A stretch of DNA of 63,575 bases, filler included, from Saprolegnia diclina VS20 (GCF_000281045.1; 12 parts of 6 records of this genome joined end to end with filler, not necessarily neighbours in it); one strand, 5' to 3'. Shown: positions 1 through 10,356, counted from the whole stretch's first letter. Numbers and translations: made by a program. Notes: a model not told the origin generated them from the sequence alone.

Positions 1-2430
1 ATCAACTTTGCCAACGAGAAGCTCCAGCAGCTCTTCGCCAAGTACGTCTTCGAGATGGAGCAGAAGGAGTACGCGGCTGAGGCGATTCCGTGGACGTTTG
101 TCGCGTACCCCAACAACGACGCGTGCGTCACCATGTTTGAAGCGCGGCCCATCGGCCTCTTCTCGCTCCTGGACGAGCAGTGCGTCATTCCGCGCGGCAA
201 CGACGCGGCGCTGGCCGCCAAGTACTATGACGTGTTTGCGTCGCACGCGCACCTCTCGTCGAGTAAGCTCCAGCGCGGCAAGACGCAGTTTACGATCGCG
301 CACTACGCCGGCGACGTCGTGTACACGGCGACCGGGTTCATCGAGAAGAACAAGGACAGCGTTCACGTCGAGGCCCTCGAGCTCCTCGGCACCTCGTCCA
401 AAGGCTTTGTGACGCACCTCTTTGCCAGTGACGAGTCGCGTCGCCGGTCGACGGCCGTGTCGCTCAAAGCCGACTCGCCGCCCCGCCGGGCGACGAACGC
501 AGCGTCCTCGGTCGTCCTCAAGTTCAAGTCGGAGCTCTCGACGCTCTTGGAGCTCCTGCATGCGACCGTACCGCACTTTATTCGGTGCATCAAGCCCAAC
601 GACGAGCTCGACCCGACTGCATTCGACGACGTGCGGGTCGTTGAGCAGCTGCGGTGCTCGGGCGTCCTCGAAGCTGTCAAGATCTCGCGCTCCGGGTACC
701 CCGTGCGCATGCTGCACTCCAGTTTCATGCAGCACTACCGGTGCCTCTCGCCCAACGCCACGTCGCTGGACGTCCTCTTGCCCAAGCTGCTGCCGACGCC
801 CGGCGCCTTCCAAGTCGGTTTGACCAAAGTCTTTTTGCTCCAAGGCGCGTACGAAGACTTGAACCGGTGCAAGATCCACGTGCAGGCGTCGGCCGTGCTC
901 TCCCTCCAGCGCTACGCCCGCGGCTTCCTCGCTCGGAGTACCTACCACAAGCAAGTGGCCGCCATTACAACGCTGCAGCGGGCCGTGCGTCGGCGCCGGG
1001 CGATGCAGCAAGCCCGGCGGCGCCAACGCCAGTCGCGTGGCAGCGTGTGCATTCAGGCGCATTGGCGCGGGTACCGAGCGCGGTCCGTGCACCAGTGCCG
1101 CGTGCAGGCCGTGCGCCTCGTGCAGCGGATCTGGCGCGGCCACCGCGGACGGGTCTCGGCGGCGCAGATGCGGCGCCAGATCCAAGCCGAAGCCATCATC
1201 GAGCGCGCTTTGCTCAAGCAAAAGACCGACGAGGAAGCCAACCGTATGAAGAAGGCGCGCGAGATGGAGATCAAGGCCGCGGCGCTCATACCTCTCGGGA
1301 CGGACCCGGCGTTCGCGGCCAAGATGGGCCCACTTCTGCCGGCGCTCGGGCGACCGTTGGTGCAGACTCCGGTCGTGTTTGAAGAGTTTAGCTCGTCGGA
1401 CGAAGAAGACGAAGGTCGTGACGTCACCAAGGGCGGTCGGTCGTCGTCGACGGCCTCGACGCAAGAGTCCAAGTCGACGTCGGACAACGAGTACGAGATC
1501 AACTGGGAGTGCGGTATGCTGGGCCTCTACTTTGAGAGCGACGAGGTGACCGGTCTCCCGGTCGTCCGCCGCGTCCACGAGACGCTGAGCACGTGCGCCG
1601 ACATTTTCGATGTTTCGCCTGGCGACGTTCTGCTCTCGGTGAGCGGGAAGCGCGTGCATAACAACGACATTCGGCACATCCTGCGGCTGCTCCAAGACAT
1701 TGACAAGCCGGTCGCGCTGCGCTTCCAGCGGACGACCAACTCGGAGACGCACCGCGAGCCGTCGCTCATGAGCGACGAGTACGAGGTCCTCTGGCGCGAC
1801 AACGTGCCCCTCGGTCTCGGCTTCAAGCCCGACAAGAAGAAGGAGATGCCGAGCGTCTCGAAATGCCGGGGCAACCCGCAGATTCCGGGCATGTTCAACG
1901 TCCGGCTTGGCGACTACCTCACGGCGATCAACGAGATCTCGACGTACCGGGTCGAGTTTGCGCGCGTCATCAAGCTCCTTGAAGATGGTCCACGGCCCGT
2001 CGTGCTGCGCTTCATGCGCGCGGACCTGGACGACGCCCTTCTCGAGTCGTCTCGGGTGAGCGAGGCGTCGACGCGCGAGAGCAGCTTTCGGTTCAGCCGC
2101 ATGTCGACCATGAGCCTAAACCCCAAGCGCGACGACTCGCTGTACAACATTACGTGGAAGGAGGAGGACGGCGCGCTCGGGCTCGTCGTCAAGCAAGCCT
2201 TGTCGAGCTTTTACCCCGAGGTGACCAAGGTCAAGCCCGAAGGCGCGATTCTGCGGCAGCCCAACAAGGTGCAGATCGGCGACCTCCTCATCAGCATCAA
2301 CAACAACAACATCTCCAAGATGGGCTTCCGGAACGCCATGCATTTGCTGCAAATCGGCCCGAAACCCGTGCTCTTGACCTTCCAGAAGCAAGGCCGCGCG
2401 TCCCACGTCGGCGTGCCCGCCAGTATTTAG
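1..2430 (+). CDS. Myosin heavy chain with IQ motifs and three PDZ-like tail domains (5' truncated by window)
   Basis: Frame 1 is open from base 1 (INFANEKLQQ). Motor motifs FTIAHYAGDV, HFIRCIKPN and QLRCSGVLE; several IQ-like motifs (LQRYARGFLAR, IQAHWRGYRAR, VQRIWRGHRGR); tail has three YEI/YEV/YNI-xW...LGL...GDxL...P(V)xLxF units typical of PDZ folds. Confidence 0.93.
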   Translation: MNFANEKLQQLFAKYVFEMEQKEYAAEAIPWTFVAYPNNDACVTMFEARPIGLFSLLDEQCVIPRGNDAALAAKYYDVFASHAHLSSSKLQRGKTQFTIAHYAGDVVYTATGFIEKNKDSVHVEALELLGTSSKGFVTHLFASDESRRRSTAVSLKADSPPRRATNAASSVVLKFKSELSTLLELLHATVPHFIRCIKPNDELDPTAFDDVRVVEQLRCSGVLEAVKISRSGYPVRMLHSSFMQHYRCLSPNATSLDVLLPKLLPTPGAFQVGLTKVFLLQGAYEDLNRCKIHVQASAVLSLQRYARGFLARSTYHKQVAAITTLQRAVRRRRAMQQARRRQRQSRGSVCIQAHWRGYRARSVHQCRVQAVRLVQRIWRGHRGRVSAAQMRRQIQAEAIIERALLKQKTDEEANRMKKAREMEIKAAALIPLGTDPAFAAKMGPLLPALGRPLVQTPVVFEEFSSSDEEDEGRDVTKGGRSSSTASTQESKSTSDNEYEINWECGMLGLYFESDEVTGLPVVRRVHETLSTCADIFDVSPGDVLLSVSGKRVHNNDIRHILRLLQDIDKPVALRFQRTTNSETHREPSLMSDEYEVLWRDNVPLGLGFKPDKKKEMPSVSKCRGNPQIPGMFNVRLGDYLTAINEISTYRVEFARVIKLLEDGPRPVVLRFMRADLDDALLESSRVSEASTRESSFRFSRMSTMSLNPKRDDSLYNITWKEEDGALGLVVKQALSSFYPEVTKVKPEGAILRQPNKVQIGDLLISINNNNISKMGFRNAMHLLQIGPKPVLLTFQKQGRASHVGVPASI

Positions 2431-2544
2431 TTTTTAGTAGAATCAGCAATCAATGTGCTCTTGTCGGTGTATGCTCGGGTGTTTAATTTGTAGCGATGAT
2501 CAACGCGTCGGTCGTCACTGCCCATATTGAGTCCTCTTGATGAC

Positions 2545-2613
2545 TTAGTCGATGTCATCGACTAGCCGTTAGTCGATGTGACCGACTAGAGCTTAGTCGC
2601 TGTGATCGACTAG
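2545..2613. repeat. Three tandem palindromic units with a 24-bp period (TTAGTCGATGTCATCGACTAG-like)
   Basis: Copies start at 2545, 2569 and 2593; each has TAGTCG...CGACTA dyad symmetry. Confidence 0.85.
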
Positions 2614-2754
2614 ATAGTTGTTGCTACAATCAGCAATTTGGGCCAATCAGCATCGTTGTTATTTGAACTTGGTGTTTGTATACAGGATACTTGGCCTTCA
2701 AACTTGACATTGCACTGGGTTGTAGCTTCGAAGTTCGATCGCATCATTTGCACG

Positions 2755-5700
2755 ATGACCGAGGACGTCGCCGACCTCACGGCGCTCGTGCACCTGGACG
2801 AGGCTTCGATCCTTGCGGCGCTCGCGGCGCGCTTCCGGAAGAAGGCCATCTACACGAGCACGGGCTCGATCCTCGTGGCCATCAACCCGTTCGAGGCGCT
2901 GCCTGCGCTCTATAGTGCTGGCTTGAAGTCAGCGTACATTGAGCACGGCGACCGCGTCATGGCCGGTGAGAAGCGTGAGAAGCTGCCGCCGCACGTCTAC
3001 GCGGTCGCCGACAAGGCCTTTCGCGACGTGTTGCGCCAAGCGGCGAACCAGAGCATCCTCGTGAGCGGCGAGTCGGGCGCGGGCAAGACCGAGACCACCA
3101 AGATCATCATGAACTACCTCGCGTCGGTCTCGTCAGCCACGACACACAGCGACAATGTGGTCGAGCGAGAGAACGTGCGCAACCGCGTGCTCGAGTCCAA
3201 CCCGATCCTCGAGGCCTTTGGCAACGCCCGGACCAACCGCAACAACAACTCGTCCCGGTTTGGCAAGTTCATTCGCCTCGGCTTCGACCGCAGCGGGTCG
3301 CTCCTCGGCGCGTCCATCTCGACATACCTCCTCGAACGCGTCCGGCTCGTCTCGCAGTCGATTGGCGAGCGCAACTACCACATCTTTTACGAGCTCTTAC
3401 GTGGCGCGTCGTCCGACGAGCTCCATGCGCTGGGTCTGACGCATGTCGAGGACTACAAGTACCTCAACAGCAGCCAGTGCTACGACCGTCGCGACGGCGT
3501 CGACGACAGCGAGCAGTTCGCCAAGACGCGCCATGCGATGACGACGATCGGCATGCCAGCTGACGAGCAGTGGAGCGTGCTGCAGGTGGTTGCAGCGATT
3601 TTGAATCTCGGCAACCTCGAGTTTGTCAAGACGGCCGGTGGTGGCGACACGTTTGGACACAGCGTCAACATGGACGTGCTCTGCGGCCTCCTCGGCATCA
3701 GCGTCGAGCGGCTCCAAGCCGGTCTGTGCACGCGTACGATCCGCGCCGGCGGCGAGACCATCACCGTGCACCTCGAGCCAAGCCAGGCGCTGGGCGCCAA
3801 AGATGTGGTCGCAAAGGCACTGTACGGCCAGCTCTTTGAGTGGGTCGTCGACCGCATCAACGAGAGCATGGCGTACGAAGACACGTCGCGGCCCGTCGAC
3901 CACTCGCACTCGTTCATCGGCATTGTCGACATCTTTGGCTTTGAGATCTTCCCAACCAACTCGCTCGAGCAGCTCTGCATCAACTACGCCAACGAGAAGC
4001 TCCAGCAGCTCTTCTCTACGTACGTCTTTGCGATGGAGCAGGAGGAGTATGCGAGCCAAGGCATCCCGTGGACGTTCGTCGAGTACCCCAACAACGACTT
4101 GGTGGTGATGCTTTTTGAGGCCAAGCGCGGTCTCTTCCGGCTGCTCGACGAGCAGTGCATGCTGCCCAGAGGCGGCGACGGCCCCTTCGCCAAGTCGCTC
4201 TACGACCTGCTCGGCAAGCACCCGCGCTTTGCAGCGTCCAAGCTCCAGCAGGGCAGCAGCCAGTTCTCCGTGCTGCACTACGCCGGCACCGTCGCGTACG
4301 TCACGGACGGCTTTTGCGACAAGAACAAGGACCACGTGCACGACGAAGCCATTGCGATGCTGAGCGCCTCGACCAACGCGTATGTCGCCTCGCTCTTTGA
4401 GAGCTACCAAGTGCTGAGCATGCTCCCGCCGTCCCGCCTCAACAACGACGGCGACGACAAGCCGCGCCGGTCGTCCGGCATCATGGGCGCTACCGTCGCG
4501 ATGAAGTTCAAGCAGCAGCTCACCGACCTCCTCGGCGTTCTCAACGCCACGTCCCCTCACTTTGTTCGGTGCATCAAGCCCAACGATGTACTGCAGCCGT
4601 CAACGATGGATGCACCTCGGGTGGCCGAGCAGCTGCAGTGCTCTGGTGTCCTCGAGGCCGTCAAGATCTCCCGCCTTGGTTACCCCGTGCGGTTTCCGCA
4701 CGACGCTTTTCAGACCGAGTTTCGGTCCCTTGCGCCGGGACAGCGCAGCATCCACGCCATGGTCAACACGCTCGTCGCCAAGTTTGCGCTGCCCACCGAC
4801 AAGCCGCCGTTCCAGATCGGTTCCTCCAAGGTCTTTGTCGTGCAAGCGGCGTTCGATGTGCTTCAGCGCGAACGCGTCCGCGCACTCCACACCAGCGCCG
4901 TGACGCTCCAGGCCTTTGCACGCATGATCCTCGCGCGCACCCGGTATCGTCGCCAGCAGGCGTCGGGGCGCACCATCCAGTCGGCCGTGCGTCTCTGGTG
5001 CTTTCGTCGACAACGAAGTGCGGCCGCCGTCGTCCTGCAGAGCTGCTACCGCCGCCACCGCGCGCAGCGAAAGCTGCGACAGCTGCGCGTTGCCAAAGCT
5101 CAAGCAATTGTAGCAGCCAAGGCCAAAGCAGACGCTGCCGCCAAAGCTGCGGCGGCGGCCGAGGCTGCCCGACGACACGCGGCCGCGGCGGTCGAAGCCG
5201 AGCGTGTCGCGGCCCAAGCCAAGGCCATCGCGGACGACGCCTACCGCGCGCTCAACTCGCCCGTCAACTCGCCCGCGCGACCGCTTGTGCGGCCGTTTGC
5301 GTCGCCTGTGCACGCACCGCCGCCCAAGGCCTTTTACCCCGAAGTCATTGGTGACGATGACGACGCGTCCGAGACCGACTCGGAAGTGGCCGTGTCCCTC
5401 GTGAACAAGTACGAGATTACGTGGGGGTCCGGGATGCTTGGTCTCTATTTCGGCCGGGATCACGACTCGGGGCTGCCGGTCGTCCAGCGCATTCATGCCA
5501 ACTTGAGTGGCTGCAACACCATCTCGCTCGTCGCCGTCGAAGACGTCCTCGTGTCCGTCGGCACCAAGCGCATCGTGGCCCACGCTTCGTTGCACCAAAC
5601 GCTCGCTTACATGAACGAGATCGCCAAGCCCGTGACGCTTGTGTTTCAGCGCCGCGGCCACACGCCCGCGCATGAACTGGAAGCCAACGAGTACGAAGTG

Positions 5701-6363
5701 CTTTGGGGCTACAACGAGCCGCTGAATCTCCACTTCAAACTCCACCGTCAGCGCCATTTCCCGTACGTGAGCACAGTTCTGTCGCCACACATGCCCAACG
5801 AACCGCTCATGGTCTGCAAGGGCGACCTCCTCTCGCACGTCAACGAGATCTCGACGTATATGAAGTCCCAGAAGGAGATCAACGCGCTCCTCTCCGAGCA
5901 GCCCAAGCCGTGTGTCCTTCGGTTCCGCATGCCGGACGACGACGCCGTCACCGAGTCGCGCGTCTCGGTTGCGTCGTCGTCGTCTTCGATCGCGTCGTCC
6001 GGCCGGCGGTCCAGTGTGATAGCGCTCAACTTGCACAAGCAAACGCCGAATGAAGCCGCGTACAACATTACGTGGACGGACGAGGACGGACCGCTCGGTC
6101 TGGTCGTCACACCGCTGCTCAACTACTACATTGAGGTCATCAAGGTCAAGGACGAAGGCGCGGCGTACGCTGCGCGCCAGCGAGGACGCGTTGCGGCCGG
6201 TGACATGCTCATCGCGATCAACCAGCAGGACATTAGCTCCATGGGCTTCCAACACGCGATGCACGTACTCAAGTCGAGCCCGAAACCGCTTGTGCTCACG
6301 CTCCAGCGCAGCAAGTCGTCGTCGTCCACTGGCCGATCGAGTCTGCCGGGTCAACTCGCCTAG
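2755..6363 (+). CDS. Myosin heavy chain with IQ motifs, Ala-rich helix and three PDZ-like domains (paralog of upstream myosin)
   Basis: ATG at 2755 (MTEDVADLTALVHL); P-loop GESGAGKT, switch I NNNSSRFGK, switch II DIFGFE; IQ motifs; same three-PDZ tail as the 1-2430 gene; intronless ORF. Confidence 0.95.
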   Translation: MTEDVADLTALVHLDEASILAALAARFRKKAIYTSTGSILVAINPFEALPALYSAGLKSAYIEHGDRVMAGEKREKLPPHVYAVADKAFRDVLRQAANQSILVSGESGAGKTETTKIIMNYLASVSSATTHSDNVVERENVRNRVLESNPILEAFGNARTNRNNNSSRFGKFIRLGFDRSGSLLGASISTYLLERVRLVSQSIGERNYHIFYELLRGASSDELHALGLTHVEDYKYLNSSQCYDRRDGVDDSEQFAKTRHAMTTIGMPADEQWSVLQVVAAILNLGNLEFVKTAGGGDTFGHSVNMDVLCGLLGISVERLQAGLCTRTIRAGGETITVHLEPSQALGAKDVVAKALYGQLFEWVVDRINESMAYEDTSRPVDHSHSFIGIVDIFGFEIFPTNSLEQLCINYANEKLQQLFSTYVFAMEQEEYASQGIPWTFVEYPNNDLVVMLFEAKRGLFRLLDEQCMLPRGGDGPFAKSLYDLLGKHPRFAASKLQQGSSQFSVLHYAGTVAYVTDGFCDKNKDHVHDEAIAMLSASTNAYVASLFESYQVLSMLPPSRLNNDGDDKPRRSSGIMGATVAMKFKQQLTDLLGVLNATSPHFVRCIKPNDVLQPSTMDAPRVAEQLQCSGVLEAVKISRLGYPVRFPHDAFQTEFRSLAPGQRSIHAMVNTLVAKFALPTDKPPFQIGSSKVFVVQAAFDVLQRERVRALHTSAVTLQAFARMILARTRYRRQQASGRTIQSAVRLWCFRRQRSAAAVVLQSCYRRHRAQRKLRQLRVAKAQAIVAAKAKADAAAKAAAAAEAARRHAAAAVEAERVAAQAKAIADDAYRALNSPVNSPARPLVRPFASPVHAPPPKAFYPEVIGDDDDASETDSEVAVSLVNKYEITWGSGMLGLYFGRDHDSGLPVVQRIHANLSGCNTISLVAVEDVLVSVGTKRIVAHASLHQTLAYMNEIAKPVTLVFQRRGHTPAHELEANEYEVLWGYNEPLNLHFKLHRQRHFPYVSTVLSPHMPNEPLMVCKGDLLSHVNEISTYMKSQKEINALLSEQPKPCVLRFRMPDDDAVTESRVSVASSSSSIASSGRRSSVIALNLHKQTPNEAAYNITWTDEDGPLGLVVTPLLNYYIEVIKVKDEGAAYAARQRGRVAAGDMLIAINQQDISSMGFQHAMHVLKSSPKPLVLTLQRSKSSSSTGRSSLPGQLA

Positions 6364-6589
6364 CTGTCGTATACCGTGTAAAGGGCACGAGTCTAATTCT
6401 ACCCACACTCTTCATGCACTGCCTAAACTGCGATAGTCGAGAGTCGCTTCTGTCCTTGAGACTCGTCTTGGTACTGTCTCCGCATCGGGTTTATCGCGAT
6501 AAGATCTTTGTCTCATGGCCAATGTGTCCCCGCTAAAAAGATTATCCAGCTGCGCAATCTGCCGCCTGCGATCGGAGCTGCCGTCCGCA

Positions 6590-6795
6590 CTAGCGCCAAA
6601 CGTGCTGCAGCAGCGGATGCGACGCCAGAGCCACGGAGGTCTTGAAGCCTTGTGGATCTCGGACGCCAGAGCCAAGAGCCGGCGGCCGTCCAACTCGATG
6701 CGCTGGGTCTTGGCTCTGACGTCCGAGATCCACAAGGCTTCAATACCTCCGTGGCTCTGGCGTCGCATCCGCTGCTGCAGCACGTTTGGCGCTAG
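6590..6795. repeat. Long inverted repeat (fold-back): 88-bp arms, about 30-bp spacer
   Basis: 6590-6677 is the reverse complement of 6708-6795 with two mismatches by eye; weaker pairing continues into the spacer and flanks. Confidence 0.92.
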
Positions 6796-7137
6796 GACAC
6801 CAGCTGAGGTTAAAGCGAAGATACCCAAATTTACTTGTTGAACAAATCTCTCTTCTCAGCCGCTGAAATGGCGCGTCCTTGGCAGCCTCATTGGCGCTTT
6901 ATACATTGGTGGAAGATCGCCCACGCTTTCCTCGGGACTAGGTTTTGGTACAATTAGCGATGATTTCGCTACGTAACAAGTATGCGGTCTCGAGAAGTTT
7001 GGTCACGACCGGGAATAGGGTTCCGTTGACATTCCTTAGGCTCGGGCCACATCATGGAGAACCATGGAACCGAAGTCCCAGGTCAACATATATGTGGGGC
7101 ATGAAGATAGCAGTCTATCTAGTTACACAGTGTCTTC

Positions 7138-10100
7138 TTACTCGTGGGGTGCTGCAACGATCTCGTTGCCCAGCAGCTCGCAAACGCGCCCGTTATACAA
7201 GGCCTCCCAGAACCACGGCGGTCGCACAGTTGGCGGAGCCTACACGATACAAGAACGATTTGAGGTGCCATGGGCAACGAGAGACTTACGAGCGTCTCCG
7301 TATCGAGTTCTGTCTGCAGTTGGCATACGAGCGCCTGTTCTCGACGAAACTGTGTCTGCAGCTCATCGAGCTGCGACCGAAGCGACGCGACCTACGCAGT
7401 CGCAAGCGCTCAGTCCATGACCGTCATGACGTCACCGACATCGACGGACGGCGGCGTCGTCTCGTCGTCTTCGCGGATCGTCCGCTGCGCTTGCGTGACC
7501 TCTCGCTCTATCTGCTGCGCGAGCTCATGGAAGAGCGACCCGCGCTTGAGAAAACTTCGGCGCTGCTCGATGCTCGACTGCCGTGACCGGTAGGGTGACG
7601 GCTGTGACGCCACCTCCATCATCTCGTGGAGCTCCTACAGCCAATGCCTCGAATGCCAGAGGACAAGATATGAACTCAACCTCGATACGCTGGCGAAGTT
7701 CGTGATTTGTGGTCTTTTCGTCGCGCCAGAGCTCGAGTGTCTGGTCCAGCTCGCTCGAGAGAGCAGCCAACTACATTTAGAGAGGGGAATACATATAAAC
7801 CACAATGACATGCGTACCTGCTGCTCGTGCATAGCTCGCGCCTCAGCTGCATCGCGCACCGCATCTTCCTACGACGACATATCAGAGCTACTGCATGCAG
7901 TCTCGAAGCGGTACAAGCGCGACAAGTCGACTTGCTTGCGCATCGCAGTTGCTTTGAAAGAGGTTCACGCTTTTGATCAGCGCCTCGTCGCGGTCTTTGG
8001 CCAACCGAAGCGCGCGCTCCATCTCGCAGAGTTGCTGCGTGCTCACCTCGAGCGCAGCCATCGCCTACGCTATCGCTGCCGTGTCTTGAGCGTAGACGGA
8101 AGAGGAAGGTACGTGGCGCTCGTCCAGCTTGAGATGATGCACCTCGCTCTGTGCTGCTCGGAGCGTCTCTTGAAGCTGCTCTACCTGCGCTTCGAGCAGC
8201 GTTCTCTAGCCACAAGACATGACGCATTGGAAGTAGATATCTCCATAGTGTACTTGGGCATGCCACTCGGCAGCGGCCTCGGTGTAGAGCTGTCGCGCCT
8301 TGAGGAGTTCGTCCTGCATCGAACTTCGCTGCTTCCTACGTCCATATACGGATCACATGGCGACGCTGTGTACCGGTAGCCTACACGAGCTGGTCGAGCT
8401 CAACCTCGTACGCATGCATGTGCCCTTTGAGGTCGACTCGGAATTCGTCGGCTTCTGCGCATTTGGCCAAGTACTTGGCCTCCCATAACTACACGCAAGC
8501 ATCCTTTCTTGCTCATGAATGACCCAGTAGAACCTTGGAAGCCTCTTGAGTGCGACCGAGATCCTTCTGCACCTAGCCACCACGACATACCAGGTCGTAT
8601 TTTGTATGTCTAGCGGTACCAGTACCTGAAGCAGCTCCGTCTCGGTCGCGTACTGTGCCTCCCGTAGCGCGCGGACTTCATGTACATGTGATGAGACCGT
8701 CTCGTGGGTGGAGCCCTACTCCACAGTAGCGCTACTTGTTGATGGCTCTGAGAAGAGCCACCTCTCTGTATGAGGCCACTTCGGTCTCCAGTGCCAGAAT
8801 CTAGTCTGAGATCAGTCGTCGCTGGTATCCGCGCCAGTGAGCCCACGCGGTCGAGAAGCGGCTGTGTTGCATCTGCGCGGTCCCGCTCGAGTACGAGCGA
8901 GAGCTCGTGGAAGAGCGAGCCTTGCTTGAGACTTGCGACATCGAGACCATCCGATGCGCTAGCGTCACTCGAGCGACGGCTCATATAACTCCGGCTCGTC
9001 TCCTAGTATAACGTGGAGCACCACCACTACGTGACAAATGGCCTACGCGCATCTCTTCAGTTATAACCCGTTCTTGCTGCAGCTGTTCGGTGGCGGTGTG
9101 CAGCTCGGTGGTTAGTGCAGCTACCTACAGACGATAATGTACACTGTCATATCAAAACAACAAAGTCGCACCAAGAGCTCGGACGCTTCTTTGGCGTCCT
9201 CGAGGGCCCGACAGTGCTCGTGCTATACGCCCATAGACTGAGTATACGTGTACCAGAAGGTATTCGACGTACCAATGTCGCGAGCTCAGCGTCCGTCGTC
9301 AGTACATGCGCCTGCAAAGCCTCAAAGCGGGCGACGACTTGGTCGTAGCCGACGAGCTTGGTCTTCAACTCGAGGACACGGCGCTCGCTCGCATCTGCAG
9401 CGTCCCGCCGCTATATCACGTGTCATGGTAGCTTTAGAAGCGTCGAGATGGTCGCTGACTACATCGGCCAGGTCGACCCGAAGCGCCTCAAGCTCTCGAC
9501 TGAGTCGACCGTTCGTTGTTCGAAGCGTGTCGCGGTCGGCCTGCAGTGCTTGGAGCTACCCTCGCCATGAGCTGTACAGAACATGGCAGTCCGTAGTACC
9601 TCTTCGAGAAGATGAGTCTTGGCGTGTATCAGTAGCTGGCGCTCGTTCTTATATAGGCTCGAGTCGTGCGTGAGCTGCTTGATCGTCGACCTGCCACCGT
9701 CAATGACCCGTCCAGTCTATCGATGCGATGGCGTACTCGAGCGTCATCTGTACTCCATGGAGATGCTCGATCTCGACCGCACTTCGTACGCATTGGCTCT
9801 CGGCGGCTCTGCAGCTCGTCGTTGCCTCGGCGAGCCTGGCCTCGAGAACCTACATGGTCGTGCTATGGCAGCATCGCGCAGGAGGAAGCACGCACGCGTG
9901 CATGGCGCTCGGCGCCGTCGGCGCGCGCCGTCGCCTACGGCGTCGTTGATGATCGGACGTAGCATGCATTTGAGAATTATACCTGGGACAAGGTGGCCTT
10001 GAGCTCGTAGTCGAGCTGCTGGTTCTGCGCCAAGAGCGTCTGGCCGATGCGGGCCGCGAGTTGCGTCTCTTCTTGCGACTCTTCGAGCGCCTTGCTCTGC

Positions 10101-10356
10101 TTGGCCAGCTCAGTCTGCAGCGAGCTCATCTAATCGCCCATGACGCATGGCGCACGTCCCGCAGTCGGTCACCTCGTGGGCCTTCTGGATCTTCTCAAGC
10201 TCCGTGGCCGAGTCGACGCCGACGGACCAGACGCGCCGGTGCTTGGCCTAGGAGAGAAGCGCCTCACGCCCTCGTCTCGTAGGTCGGGCTACGTACGCTC
10301 GGCGGCAGCGGTGGCATGAGCTCGCCGACAGCGTCGTCGTCGACCTCGTCGTCCAT
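7138..10356 (-). CDS. Multi-exon coiled-coil protein with CC1 box (HAP1_N-like) and two Spindly-like motifs; candidate dynein-activating adaptor
   Basis: Manual splicing at GT-AG gives MDDEVDDDAVGELMPPLPPS|AKHRRVWS...KAHE|MSSLQTELAKQSKALEESQEETQLAARIGQTLLAQNQQLDYELK..., then heptad-rich exons, LKQGSLFHEL (8930-8901) and LKRGSLFHEL (7550-7521). The 3' end and internal exon boundaries are approximate. Confidence 0.7.

Noticed and set aside
2545..2613. CRISPR-like array
   Set aside because: Spacers are only 3 bp, the context is eukaryotic and no cas genes are present.
2638..2754. N-terminal extension of the second myosin from a TTG start
   Set aside because: The segment is AT-rich and UTR-like; eukaryotic initiation at ATG 2755 coincides with the start of motor-domain similarity.
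4600..6408. 602-aa antisense ORF (also 3397-4560, 42034-43230, 44883-46466, 53707-54636 and 60864-61769)
   Set aside because: Shadow ORFs caused by GC-rich codon bias or low complexity opposite real genes; no recognisable motifs.
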